DNA of 64,000 bases from an uncultured Chloroflexia bacterium. Its GTDB lineage: Bacteria > Chloroflexota > Limnocylindria > Limnocylindrales > CSP1-4. Where the stretch lies: assembly GCA_963707215.1 (NCBI GenBank), contig CAVPPB010000003.1, positions 1,376,001-1,440,000 on the forward strand. Direction: 5' to 3'. Below, one piece after another: positions 48,675 through 58,626 of this stretch. The stretch's first letter is position 1, and the number at the start of each line of letters is the position of its first letter. Below the pieces are notes generated by a model. That model was not told the origin of the DNA. It did no database searches and saw only the letters and a list, made by a program, of their open reading frames with translations. The translations under genes were made by a program, and so were the position numbers.

Positions 48675-50134
48675 CCGAGCCGCCCATCCCCGGCGTCACC
48701 GAGCCGTCGCGGCCGACCGCCCCCGACCGACCGCCCACCGACCGCCAGCCCCTCGGGCGCCTCTCGTTCCGGGCCCGCCTCACCGTGGCCCTCGTGGCCG
48801 CCGGCGTCCTGCCCGTCGCCGGCTTCGGCCTGCTCGTCCTCCTCGCCCAGCCGCCGACCGAGGACCAGACCGTGGCCCGGCTGCTGATCTTCGCCATCGT
48901 GGTCGCGGTCGTGCTCGCGCTGCTCCTGGCGCTCCTGCTGGCCTCCGACCTGACCGCGCCCCTCCGGGCCATCGCCGGCGCCGTCGAGCGCTCGTCGGCC
49001 GGTGAGTCGGGGCCACCACTGCAGGTCACCGGCGACGACGAGGTCGCCCGCCTGGCCTCGCTCCAGAACCGCCTCGTGGAGGACCTCGACCGGCGCAACC
49101 GCGAGGTCCGCGGCGTCCTCGCCGCCCTCGCCACCCTCACCCCCGAGCAGGGTCCCCAGCGGATCGCCGACCGCGCCGGTGACGCCGCCCGATCCGCCTT
49201 CGAGCTCATCGACGCGACCGTCCTGCTCGTCGATCCCGTCGAGATCCCCGAGGAGGAAGTCATCCCCGGCGTCTCGCGCCCGGTCCGAGCCGTCCTGCGG
49301 GTCGGCGAGGAACCGCTCGGCATCCTCGTCGGCCGGCTCCAGGCGACCCGCCGGTGGGAGGCCGCCGACCAGGACCTCTTCGACCTCTACGCGACCGAGG
49401 TCGCCGTGGCGATCCGCAACGCCGAGCTGTTCGCCCGGGTCGAGAGCCAGAACGCCCGCCTCGTCGCCCTCGACGAGGCCAAGGACGACTTCCTCCGCGG
49501 CATCGGCCACAACCTCCAGACGCCGCTGACCAGGATCCGCGCCTACGCCGGGCAGCTGGCCGACGAGCGACCCGACCGCCGGCTCGAGGTCATCGGCGAG
49601 CAGGCCGAGCGCCTCTCCCGGATGGTCCGCCAGCTGCTGACCGTCTCGCGCCTGGAGTCGGGCGGGCTGCGGCCGCGGCTCGAGGTGCTCACCCTGGGGG
49701 CTCGAGTGCGGCGGGCCTGGGAGGCGCTCGGGATGGGCGACGTCCAGTTCGACCTCCACGACCGGAGCGAAGGCTGGCTGGCGATCGGCGACCCCGACCA
49801 CGTCGACCAGGTCCTCTGGGCGCTCCTCGACAACGCCGTGAAGTACGGCGGCGGGCCGATCGAGGCGACCGTCGATGCCGAGCCGGACGATGGGTGGCTG
49901 CGCCTGACCATCCGGGACGGCGGCTCCGGCGTGCCACCCGAGGCGCGCGAGGGCCTCTTCCAGCGCTACGACCGCGGCGGGCGGACCGGGACCGACGGCA
50001 GCGGGCTGGGCCTCTACGTCTCCCGAGAGCTCTGCCGGGCGATGCGCGGCGACCTGGTCCTGGAGGAAGCTCGACCGGGGCTGGGGGCGGCCTTCAGCGT
50101 GCTGCTCCCCGCAGAGCCGGCCGAGGAGAGCTGA
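48671..50134 (+). CDS. sensor histidine kinase (2TM-HAMP-GAF-like-HisKA-HATPase)
   Basis: HAMP DEVARL; H-box GHNLQTPLT; LLDNAVKY; DGG.G; GSGLGLYVS. Confidence 0.92.
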   Translation: MTEPPIPGVTEPSRPTAPDRPPTDRQPLGRLSFRARLTVALVAAGVLPVAGFGLLVLLAQPPTEDQTVARLLIFAIVVAVVLALLLALLLASDLTAPLRAIAGAVERSSAGESGPPLQVTGDDEVARLASLQNRLVEDLDRRNREVRGVLAALATLTPEQGPQRIADRAGDAARSAFELIDATVLLVDPVEIPEEEVIPGVSRPVRAVLRVGEEPLGILVGRLQATRRWEAADQDLFDLYATEVAVAIRNAELFARVESQNARLVALDEAKDDFLRGIGHNLQTPLTRIRAYAGQLADERPDRRLEVIGEQAERLSRMVRQLLTVSRLESGGLRPRLEVLTLGARVRRAWEALGMGDVQFDLHDRSEGWLAIGDPDHVDQVLWALLDNAVKYGGGPIEATVDAEPDDGWLRLTIRDGGSGVPPEAREGLFQRYDRGGRTGTDGSGLGLYVSRELCRAMRGDLVLEEARPGLGAAFSVLLPAEPAEES

Positions 50135-50191
50135 CCGGGGGCCGGCGGCCCCCGGCGGAGCGGCGCGACACGGCCAGAACCCCGCGAATCG

Positions 50192-50220
50192 AAACGAGCC
50201 CCGGTACCGGCCGGGGCTCG
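50192..50220. terminator. hairpin between convergent genes
   Basis: cgagccccggt-accg-gccggggctcg preceded by aaa (U-tail on the minus strand). Confidence 0.55.
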
Positions 50221-50239
50221 CGTCGTTGTGGTCGGGCGG

Positions 50240-50476
50240 TCAGCGCTCGGCGATGAGCTGCCGCAGGCGGACCTGGCTCCGCTCCCGGGCCTCGCGCATC
50301 TGGGCCGAGGGCTTCCAGATGACGTCGAACGGATCGCCCGCGAAGAGCGCGGCGGCGGTGATCCCCAGGATCGGTCCCAGGATGTCCGACACGCCCAGCA
50401 TGTACGCGATGAATGCGCCCGCGTACCAGCCGGCGAAGAACCACAGGACGGCGGCGGCGATTCGCTTGCTGTTCAT
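50240..50476 (-). CDS. small membrane protein
   Basis: MNSKRIAAAVLWFFAGWYAG...; two TM segments, GC3-biased codons. Confidence 0.7.
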   Translation of the reverse strand: MNSKRIAAAVLWFFAGWYAGAFIAYMLGVSDILGPILGITAAALFAGDPFDVIWKPSAQMREARERSQVRLRQLIAER

Positions 50477-50783
50477 GGGCGCATGGTCGGGTCCGCGCAC
50501 GCCCGAGGCCATGGCGAGGTGGTACCGGTCGGGGTGGGACCCTGGCCGGCGATGCGCTCTTGCGCACCTCGCCCCACACGAGTCGACCGGACTGCCCGTG
50601 TCCGGCCATAGCGCGCCCGGTCCGTCGCGAACCGCTGCAAACGCCACCCTCGCGCCCTGCCTGCGTCCCGTTCCGTGGCACGCACGCACCACGCGTCGCC
50701 GCTAGGGCACCCGGGCAAGTTGACCTGCAAGGTGGGACGGCGATAGTACGCAGGTACCACTAGTCGGGGGACCCCATCGGCCG

Positions 50784-52025
50784 ATGCCTGCCAAGACCGA
50801 CCTTCCTTCCCGCCGCCGCGAGCGCTCCCGAGGCCAGAGTCTCGCCGAGCTCGCGCTCATCCTCCCGGTGATCCTGCTGATCGCCCTGATCGCCCTGGAC
50901 TTCGGGCGCATCTACCTCGGCTTCGTGAACCTGCAGCAGATGACGCGGATCGCGGCCGATTTCGCGGCGACCAACGCGACGGCCTGGTCGACGCCTGGTG
51001 ATGCCGCCGACCAGGCTCGGTATCAGGAGAAGATCCGGAACGACGCGCGGTTCATCAACTGCACGTTGCCCGTCGATGGCGGCGGAGCCACCGATGTGCC
51101 GGATCCGATGTTCCCGAGCGGGTTCGACCTCGGGGATCCGGTGACCGTGTCCATCACGTGCAGCTTCGATGTGATCACCCCCGTGATCTCACAGGTCCTA
51201 GGAGGACAGGTACTCGTCGGTTCGAGCACGACCTATCCCGTGAAAGAGGGGGCCGTTGCTAGCGTGCCCGGGGGTGGCGGAGGAGTCGTCCCCGCACCGA
51301 GCGCCGACTTCATCGCCACGCCTACCTCCGGCTACGGTCCGCTCGAGGTCACGTTCATCGACGTCTCGCTGGGATCGCCCACGAGCTGGATCTGGAACTT
51401 CGGCAATGGGGCCAATGCGTTCACGAGGGGTCCGCACACGCAGACCTACGACTGCGCGGGGAACCCAGGAGACACGTGCTCGTACACAGCGCAGGTCCAG
51501 GTGTCGAACACGTGCTGTTCGGACAGCGCGTCGACCACCATCACGGTGACCGTGCCCCCGGCCGCTGGACCGATCGCTGAGTTCTCCGCCGACCCAATGG
51601 TCGGGGAGGAACCGCTCGCCGTCGATTTCACCTTCGATGATGTCCGGGGCGGCACGGTGACCTACAGCAGCTTCAGTTGGGACTTCGGAGATGGCTCGAC
51701 CTCGAGCGCCCAGGACCCGTCCCACACCTATGCGAGTCCGGGGACCTACGACGTAACGCTGACGGTCACCGACGACGTCGGGGCCGCCGATACCCAGCTC
51801 AAGCAAGGCTTCATCCATGTCCTGCCGGAGATCTGCACCGTCCCCGACTTCGCCGGGATCCGGCGGAACAGCGCTCAGGGCGTGTGGGCCGCTGCCGGCT
51901 TCTCCACCACCGTGTCCTTCATGGCCGGGAACGGCAACTACATCATCCAGGCGCAAAGCCTGCTGGGCGGGACGATCGACCCACAGCCGCTCGGCTGCGA
52001 TTCGCAGATCACGGTGGGACCGTGA
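50784..52025 (+). CDS. TadE-like minor pilin with two PKD domains and a C-terminal PASTA-like domain
   Basis: Prepilin motif RGQSLAELAL; PKD SWIWNFGNG and SWDFGDGSTS..QDPSHTY..PGTYDVTLTV; CTVPDFAG. Confidence 0.88.
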   Translation: MPAKTDLPSRRRERSRGQSLAELALILPVILLIALIALDFGRIYLGFVNLQQMTRIAADFAATNATAWSTPGDAADQARYQEKIRNDARFINCTLPVDGGGATDVPDPMFPSGFDLGDPVTVSITCSFDVITPVISQVLGGQVLVGSSTTYPVKEGAVASVPGGGGGVVPAPSADFIATPTSGYGPLEVTFIDVSLGSPTSWIWNFGNGANAFTRGPHTQTYDCAGNPGDTCSYTAQVQVSNTCCSDSASTTITVTVPPAAGPIAEFSADPMVGEEPLAVDFTFDDVRGGTVTYSSFSWDFGDGSTSSAQDPSHTYASPGTYDVTLTVTDDVGAADTQLKQGFIHVLPEICTVPDFAGIRRNSAQGVWAAAGFSTTVSFMAGNGNYIIQAQSLLGGTIDPQPLGCDSQITVGP

Positions 52026-52597
52026 GGGGATCCCGCGGATCCGAGCGGCTGCGCGGACAGGCCCTCGCCGAGTTCGCCCTCGCGATCCCGATCTTCCTGA
52101 TCATCGCGCTCGGGCTGTTCGATCTCGGTCGATATGTCGTCGCCCAGAACTCGATCACGAATGCGGCCAGGGAAGGCGCGAGGCTTGCCATCGTCAACCA
52201 GACCCAGGCGTCGGTCGAAGCGCGCGTTCGGGCTCTGACGTTCACGGGGGCGCCGACTACGTACCCGACGCTGTACTTCTTCGCATACCCGGACGATCCG
52301 GGCGCCGACGATGATGACGACCTGTTCACGGACGGCAACGGAGACGGCATCCCGGACGATCTCGCCGACGACGAGCGGTGCTACGCGAATCCAGCAGGGA
52401 GCCAGCGACGGATCAGCATCGGATGCATGGCACTGGTCCGCGTATCGACGGACATGGACGCGTTGACTCCCGGGATCGAGCTGCTGGTGGGGCCGATCAC
52501 GTTGCGAGCGGCCTCGATGCTGCCCGTCGAGTTCGTCTGTCCCAACTCACTCGTGCCTGCATACGCCACGTCGGCGCAGTGCCCGAAGCAACCGTAG
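52022..52597 (+). CDS. TadE-like minor pilin
   Basis: RGQALAEFALAIP...NAAREGAR; GTGA overlap. Confidence 0.88.
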   Translation: MRGSRGSERLRGQALAEFALAIPIFLIIALGLFDLGRYVVAQNSITNAAREGARLAIVNQTQASVEARVRALTFTGAPTTYPTLYFFAYPDDPGADDDDDLFTDGNGDGIPDDLADDERCYANPAGSQRRISIGCMALVRVSTDMDALTPGIELLVGPITLRAASMLPVEFVCPNSLVPAYATSAQCPKQP

Positions 52598-52636
52598 GGA
52601 AGAGATGCGACCAATCATCGAGATGAGGCCAACGAC

Positions 52637-53863
52637 ATGAAGACCGGGACATCGCCTGACGGCGAGGGTCGGCGGGACGCCCAGGGACAGATCATCGTCA
52701 TCTTCGCACTGGCGCTGTTGACCATGATCGCCATGGTTGCGCTCGTGATCGAAGCTGGGAACATCTTCGGCCAGCAGCGCATCGCCCAGAATGGCGCGGA
52801 CGCAACCGCGACGGCGGGCACACTCGTCGTCGCGGAGGGTCTGGGCGGGGCCACGCGGACGGGAGCTGACGTTGCCAATGCCGTGAACGCCGCGGCCGCC
52901 GCGAACGGCCTCGCGGTCTCAGTCGCTGAGTACACGACCGACACCGGCGTGCCGATCGGACAACAGGTCGTGTCGAATGGATCGATCCCCGCCGACGCCC
53001 GGGGGGTCCATGTCGCGGGGACTCGATTGGTCGACACGGTCCTGGCACGGCTCCCTCCGATCAGCATCGATCAGGTGCCGGCCAACGCGGATGCCACGGC
53101 CGTCGCGGGCGCCCTCAGCGGCGAGTGCGTCGAGTCTGAGTCAGGCTGTGCCCTGCTGCCGGTGACCTTCCCTGTGCAGGTGTTCCAGTGCGACTCCGGT
53201 GGCAACCTGCTCGACGGACCTTGGGTCGGAGCTCCGCCACCAGGGAACGAGGGAGACCCGTACTGGGAGATCGTCGGCGCGGAGGACCTTCCGGGAGGGA
53301 GCGTCGGCGGAGTCACTGGCAACCTGAGCAAGATGGCGATCCTCCCGCTCTGCCGCGGGTCAGGTCTCTCGTCGGGCACGTTCGGCTGGCTCGATCTCGT
53401 GTCGGGCATGAACCTCGCCCAGGAGATCACGGGACCGCTCACCGACCCCGTCGATATCCCCGATTGGTTCCAGAGCCAGACCGGAAACGCCAATTCCGTC
53501 GAGGACGAGCTGAACGCCTACCTGCACGAGACCGTCCTGATCCCGCTCCACAATCAGGCGTGTCGGGAGGACCCGGGAGACACGGATGTGTGCAGCCTCC
53601 CCGGCGTCGATCCGGTCGGCAACAACACCTGGTACTACGTCCACACCCTCGCCAACTTCTACCTGGAGCAGGTCCTCGTCCAGGGCAACAACATCAACCA
53701 GTGCGCTGCCGCGCCCGGCTCACCCATTCCCCCCTCGACAGCTGGAGGGTTTCTCGGCTGCCTCAAGGGATGGTTCGTGAGCTACATCACGGCCGGGCCA
53801 GTGACGCCAGGAGGCACCATCACCCCAGGCGTCACGACGATCGGTATCCAGCTGATCAAGTAG
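52637..53863 (+). CDS. TadG-like pilus tip protein
   Basis: QGQIIVIFALAL...QRIAQNGADA; G.FGWLD; Cys-rich C-terminus ending IQLIK. Confidence 0.85.
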   Translation: MKTGTSPDGEGRRDAQGQIIVIFALALLTMIAMVALVIEAGNIFGQQRIAQNGADATATAGTLVVAEGLGGATRTGADVANAVNAAAAANGLAVSVAEYTTDTGVPIGQQVVSNGSIPADARGVHVAGTRLVDTVLARLPPISIDQVPANADATAVAGALSGECVESESGCALLPVTFPVQVFQCDSGGNLLDGPWVGAPPPGNEGDPYWEIVGAEDLPGGSVGGVTGNLSKMAILPLCRGSGLSSGTFGWLDLVSGMNLAQEITGPLTDPVDIPDWFQSQTGNANSVEDELNAYLHETVLIPLHNQACREDPGDTDVCSLPGVDPVGNNTWYYVHTLANFYLEQVLVQGNNINQCAAAPGSPIPPSTAGGFLGCLKGWFVSYITAGPVTPGGTITPGVTTIGIQLIK

Positions 53864-53885
53864 CCGGCCTCGGCCCGGAGGCTAC

Positions 53886-53921
53886 TCAGGGAACCGCGCC
53901 CGCGAGGGCGCGGTTCCCTGA
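53886..53921. terminator. perfect 16-bp stem hairpin after the first Tad triplet
   Basis: tcagggaaccgcgccc-gcga-gggcgcggttccctga. Confidence 0.65.
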
Positions 53922-54088
53922 CTCCCGGTGATCCAGCCCGACCTGTTGACCCCACGCACCACCCTCCCCTGACCATCTCGCCCCCCTGACCTGACCCCTC
54001 GGGCTATGCACGGGCGCACCGTTTGAAGGCACCGTGCAAGGTGTCGCGCTGAGCATCTCTCGGCGTGAGAACCGCACGGGAGCCCGAG

Positions 54089-55003
54089 ATGCCCTTCCGG
54101 CCAGTCCGGCCGCACCGCCCCATCGCCGGCGAGCCTGACCAGGCCGCCCCGACGCGCCTCGGCACGACCACGCCGTCGACCGCGAGCGGGGCCGATGTGC
54201 CCGATGCGCCCCGCGCTGCCCATCCGGGACCGATCCACCGCCTGGTCGTGCGCCGCCGCCGGCATCGCAGCCGCGGCCAGAGCCTGGTCGAGTTCGCCCT
54301 GCTCCTGCCGGTCATCCTGCTCATCGTCGCCGTCGCCCTCGACTTCGGGCGGGCCTTCATGGGCTGGGTCAGCCTGACCGGAGCGACCCGCCTGGGCGCC
54401 AACTACGCGGCCCAGCACCCGGATGCGAACTGGGGCAGCTCCTCCGATCCGAACCGCCAGCGCTACCTCGCGGTCATGGCCCGCGACCTGCAGTCGACGA
54501 ACTGCGCGCCCGCGACGACGCCGATGCCGGACTTCCCGGCCGGCACCGACCTGGGTGACCCGGCGGTCGTGACGCTGACCTGCCAGTTCAACCCGATCAC
54601 CCCGATCGTCACGGCGATCATCGGACCGAGCCTGCCGATGTCGGCCAGCACGGCCTATCCGATCCGGACCGGCGAGTTCGCGCCCCCAGCCCCGACGCCC
54701 ACGCCGACGCCGACGCCGAGCCCGAGCCCGAGTCCGAGCCCAAGCTCGGCCCCGGGTCCGTCCCTCGATCCGCTCGCCTCGCCCGAGCCGACCCCCTCGC
54801 CGTCGCCATCGCCCGCGCCCTGCTTCGCGCCCGACTTCATCGACACTCGCGCCGCCGAGGCCCAGAACCTCTGGCGCAACAAGGGCTTCACGACGAACGT
54901 GACCGTCCTCCCCGGCAACGGCAACTACAAGATCGGGATGCAGGACAGGGTCGGAGGCCAGGCCTACTCCTGCACCGACACGATCGTGACGGTGGGGCCG
55001 TGA
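54089..55003 (+). CDS. TadE-like minor pilin with PT/PS linker and PASTA-like domain
   Basis: RGQSLVEFALLLP; PTPTPTPSPSPS linker; CFAPDF...GNGNYKI...VTVGP. Confidence 0.85.
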   Translation: MPFRPVRPHRPIAGEPDQAAPTRLGTTTPSTASGADVPDAPRAAHPGPIHRLVVRRRRHRSRGQSLVEFALLLPVILLIVAVALDFGRAFMGWVSLTGATRLGANYAAQHPDANWGSSSDPNRQRYLAVMARDLQSTNCAPATTPMPDFPAGTDLGDPAVVTLTCQFNPITPIVTAIIGPSLPMSASTAYPIRTGEFAPPAPTPTPTPTPSPSPSPSPSSAPGPSLDPLASPEPTPSPSPSPAPCFAPDFIDTRAAEAQNLWRNKGFTTNVTVLPGNGNYKIGMQDRVGGQAYSCTDTIVTVGP

Positions 55004-55527
55004 CGAGGCTTGCCGCCCTGCGAGCCCGCCGCTCAGCCCGCGGCCGCTCCCGCGGCCAGACGCTCGTCGAGTTCGCCCTCGTCATCGGGATCTTCCTGGT
55101 GATGATCCTTGCCCTGTTCGACTTCGGGCGGGCCGTCTACGGCTCGAGCTCGCTGGGGAACGCCGCCCGGATGGGCGCTCGGACCGCGATCGTCAACCAG
55201 AACGCCGGGTCGATCCGATCGCGGGCCGCCGACCAGGCCGTCGCCCTCGGGCTCGACCGCTCGGCCGTGACGTGCTCGCCGGGCACACCGACGAGTGCCC
55301 CGACCCCCACCGGGGACAGCGGCGTCTGTGTCGAGTTCCGGACGACCGACATGGGGAGCATCTGCTCTACGCCGCAGCTCGGCTGCGTCGCGGTCGTCAC
55401 CACGAAGTGGACCTACATCCCGATCACGCCCGTCGCCGGTCAGCTCTTCGGCCAGATCGCCCTGACCTCGACCTCGCGGATGCCGATCGAGGCCATCTGC
55501 ACGAGCGGCGGGTGCCCGGTCCCATGA
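55000..55527 (+). CDS. TadE-like minor pilin
   Basis: RGQTLVEFALVI...NAARMGAR. Confidence 0.88.
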   Translation: MTRLAALRARRSARGRSRGQTLVEFALVIGIFLVMILALFDFGRAVYGSSSLGNAARMGARTAIVNQNAGSIRSRAADQAVALGLDRSAVTCSPGTPTSAPTPTGDSGVCVEFRTTDMGSICSTPQLGCVAVVTTKWTYIPITPVAGQLFGQIALTSTSRMPIEAICTSGGCPVP

Positions 55528-55547
55528 GGCACCTCGGAGGCTCCCCC

Positions 55548-56723
55548 ATGACGACGACCACGCCGGACGGCGCTCGCGGCCAGATCCTGGCGCTGTTCGC
55601 GCTGGGGCTGGTGGCCATGCTGGCCGCGGTCGGCCTCGTCCTCGACGGCGGCTACGCCTTCACCCAGCAGCGCGCCAACCAGAACGGCACCGACGCGGCC
55701 GCCAACGCGGGTGCCATCGTCCTGGCCCAGAACGCCGGCACGACCCCGTCCAAGACCGACGCCGACGTGCTCGCGGCCATCACCGCCACGGCGAGCGGCA
55801 ACGGCGTGACCAGCTTCGAGGCCTACTACACTGACGTCGCCGGCGAGCTGCTCCGCTCGGACGGCAGCAGGAGCGGCTCGACCGCCACCGCGGTGGCCGT
55901 GGGGAGCGGTGTCATCCCGCCGTGCACCGACGTCAACGTCTGCGTCGACGGCCGGGCCTCGGGCGTCCTCGTGGTCGGCCATCGGACGGCGCCCGCCTTC
56001 GTCAGCCGGGTCATCGGCATCGAGTCCTTCCCGGTCACGACCCAGGCGACCGCCGTGGCCGGCTACGTCGCCGACGTCTGCCCCGCCGAGCAGGGCTGCG
56101 GGGTGCTGCCGATCACCATCCCGGTCAACCAGGTGACCTGCGACGACAACAACCGACCCGCGCCGATCAGCCCGCCGATCGAGTACGAGCAGGGCGTCGA
56201 GTACACGATCCCGCTCTGCCAGAACGGTCCCGGCAACGTCGGCTGGCTCGACTGGTCACCGACGGCCGGCGGCACGTCCGAGCTGGAGGCGGCGATCCGC
56301 AACTACAGCAACCCCGAGCTCACGGTGCCGGGCTGGTTCTACGTGACCTCGACCGGCAACGTGAACTCGGCGGGCGTCGAGGACGCGCTCGAGGGCTACG
56401 CCGACCGGAACGAGATCGTCCTGATCCCACAGTTCGACTCGACCTGCAACACCCAGCCGCTGGGCAACGACATGGGCGACTGTCCGCCCGCCAACGTCGG
56501 CGGGACCGGCTCGAACCAGTGGTATCACCTCTACGGGTTCACGGCCATGGAGATCAAGGAGGTCCACATCTCCGGGAGCAGCAACGACTGCGATACCGGC
56601 AACGGCGCCACCTCCTGCATCGTCGGCGAGATCGCCTACTTCATCCCGCCGTTCTCCACGGTCCGGGCCGGCAACGCCCTCTGGTCGCCGAACACCCTGG
56701 TCGGGGTCCAGCTGGTCCGATAG
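55548..56723 (+). CDS. TadG-like pilus tip protein
   Basis: GGAGG RBS; RGQILALFALGL...VLDGG...NQNGTDAAA; GNVGWLDW; ends VQLVR. Confidence 0.85.
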   Translation: MTTTTPDGARGQILALFALGLVAMLAAVGLVLDGGYAFTQQRANQNGTDAAANAGAIVLAQNAGTTPSKTDADVLAAITATASGNGVTSFEAYYTDVAGELLRSDGSRSGSTATAVAVGSGVIPPCTDVNVCVDGRASGVLVVGHRTAPAFVSRVIGIESFPVTTQATAVAGYVADVCPAEQGCGVLPITIPVNQVTCDDNNRPAPISPPIEYEQGVEYTIPLCQNGPGNVGWLDWSPTAGGTSELEAAIRNYSNPELTVPGWFYVTSTGNVNSAGVEDALEGYADRNEIVLIPQFDSTCNTQPLGNDMGDCPPANVGGTGSNQWYHLYGFTAMEIKEVHISGSSNDCDTGNGATSCIVGEIAYFIPPFSTVRAGNALWSPNTLVGVQLVR

Positions 56724-56776
56724 GTCCGGGCCGCCGGCCGGGCCTGGCCCCGGCCGCGTTCCTCTCGCAGACAGAC

Positions 56777-56804
56777 CGACGCCGCGCCCGAAGGCGCGGC
56801 GTCG
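56777..56804. terminator. hairpin between convergent genes
   Basis: cgacgccgcgcc-cgaa-ggcgcggcgtcg. Confidence 0.55.
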
Positions 56805-56856
56805 TCGTTCCCGGTGCCGGGCGGTGCTGACACCTGTCCGCCCGGAGCCCTCTCGG

Positions 56857-57285
56857 TCAGGGGATGTCGAAGACGTTCTCCGGGACCTCGGGGCCGGCCT
56901 CGTCGACGAGGGTCACCTCGCCGTCGGTCGTGACCTCCCAGGTCCAGGTGTGCTCATCGATGCAGCCGGACGGGCAGTCGCCCCAGCCGATCCGGACCTC
57001 GACGGTCCAGCCGTCCATCGTCGGCTCGACCTTGGTCCAGGCAGCCTGGCCGATGAGATCGGGGTCGTACGGCCTGATCCGTTCGAAGCGGGGATCCTGG
57101 GCCAGGACCAGCTCGACGGCCTCCTCCGCGCTGCCGACGGAGTCCGGGCTCCCGGGGGAGGTCGGGCTCGGCGCCGGCGAGGCGCTCGCCTCGGGCGATG
57201 GTTCGGGGGTGGCCCCCGCCGAGCAGGCCGCCAGCACGACGGCCGTGATGGCGATGGCGGCGGTGATCCGCAGGGTGGACAGCAT
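56857..57285 (-). CDS. putative lipoprotein
   Basis: Lipobox VLAAC after a hydrophobic signal; GWGDCPSGCIDEHTW motif. Confidence 0.75.
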   Translation of the reverse strand: MLSTLRITAAIAITAVVLAACSAGATPEPSPEASASPAPSPTSPGSPDSVGSAEEAVELVLAQDPRFERIRPYDPDLIGQAAWTKVEPTMDGWTVEVRIGWGDCPSGCIDEHTWTWEVTTDGEVTLVDEAGPEVPENVFDIP

Positions 57286-57538
57286 GGTCAGGCTGGGCAC
57301 GTGCATGCCCCTCCGACGCTCGAGGCACGCCCGGTGTTCCGCGGGACCAGCCGGAGATGCGTCGCCCGGGCCGCGAGCCGCACCGCCGGATCGTCCTGGC
57401 GCACCGGGACGCGTCGCCGGCCTGCCGAACGCGTCACCGGCATCGTGTTCGGGCCGCTCGGCGGTGGTCGCTCCCGCCTCGATGCCGTACGCTCGGGCCG
57501 ATGACCACGCCGATTCCCGCAGACCGCGCCGCCGTTCC

Positions 57539-58105
57539 ATGACCGCCCCGACCCGCGCCGACGCCTGGAGCCTCTTCACCGAGTGGACGACGTCCGACGC
57601 CCTCCGCAAGCACGGGCTTGCCGTCGAGGGCGCCGTCGAGTGGTACGGCCGCGAGCGGTTCGGCATCGTCGAGCCCGAGCTGGACACCTGGCGGATCGCC
57701 GGCCTGCTCCACGACTTCGACTACGAGCGGTACCCGGAGACCCATCCGGCCCGCGGCGCCGAGGAGCTCCGCCGCCTCGGCTACCCCGAGGACGTCGTCG
57801 AGGCCGTTCTGGGCCACGGTGACCACACCGGCGTGCCGCGGACGAGCCTGCTGGCGCGGACCGTTTACGCTTGTGACGAGATGAGCGGCTTCATCATCGC
57901 GGTCGCCCTCGTCCGCCCGAACCGCAGCCTCGACGAGGTGGACGTCCGGGCGGTCAACAAGAAGCTGAAGGACAAGGGCTTCGCCCGCCAGGTCGACCGG
58001 GGCCAGGTCGTCAAGGGGGCCGAGGAGCTGGACCTGCCGTTCGAGGAGCACGTCATGAACGTCGTCGAGGGACTCAAGACCGTCCGCGGGGAGCTCGGGC
58101 TGTGA
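57539..58105 (+). CDS. HDIG-domain metal-dependent phosphohydrolase
   Basis: LRKHGLAVE, GLLHDFDYE, HP, ACDEMSG, KKLKDKGFA. Confidence 0.88.
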   Translation: MTAPTRADAWSLFTEWTTSDALRKHGLAVEGAVEWYGRERFGIVEPELDTWRIAGLLHDFDYERYPETHPARGAEELRRLGYPEDVVEAVLGHGDHTGVPRTSLLARTVYACDEMSGFIIAVALVRPNRSLDEVDVRAVNKKLKDKGFARQVDRGQVVKGAEELDLPFEEHVMNVVEGLKTVRGELGL

Positions 58106-58569
58106 GCGGCATCGTGCTGCCCGAGGACGTCGCGGCCGAACGTTGGATCCGGCTCGAGCGGTCGCTGCGGGCGCCCAACGAGCGTGTCTTCCGGGTCTGG
58201 AGCGATCCCGAGGAGCTGCCGCGCTGGCTGCCCGACAAGCTCGAGGGATCGCTGGCCGTCGGCAGCCGCTCCACGCTGCTCTGGCGGCGCCAGCGGATCT
58301 GGTGGGACGTGACGGCGGCGGAACCGAACCATCGCTTCGCCGTGAAGATGCCCTGGATGCCCGACGGGGGCGTCGTCACGACGTTCGAGGTCGCGCTGGA
58401 GCCAGAGGGCTACGGGACCCGGCTGCGCTTCGAGAACGGTCCGTTCCGGATCGATGAGCCGGGCGTCTTCGAGGCCTGGGAGCGGGCACTGGAGGCCTGG
58501 GTCGAGGCGCTGGCGATGCTCCGCGCGTTCGTCGACTTCAGCACCGACCTCCGACTCCAGCGCTACTGA
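58102..58569 (+). CDS. SRPBCC/AHSA1 domain protein
   Basis: ERSLRAPNERVFRVWSDPEELPRW; GTRLRF. Confidence 0.8.
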   Translation: MSGIVLPEDVAAERWIRLERSLRAPNERVFRVWSDPEELPRWLPDKLEGSLAVGSRSTLLWRRQRIWWDVTAAEPNHRFAVKMPWMPDGGVVTTFEVALEPEGYGTRLRFENGPFRIDEPGVFEAWERALEAWVEALAMLRAFVDFSTDLRLQRY

Positions 58570-58626
58570 GCCGAGCCTGGCTCGTTCGTTGACCCGGGGC
58601 GGGGCGGATCGGCAGAGTCTCGGGCA

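Noticed and set aside
53886-54060. c-di-GMP or other riboswitch between the Tad triplets
   Set aside because: Only a simple perfect hairpin is visible; the conserved aptamer motifs were not found.
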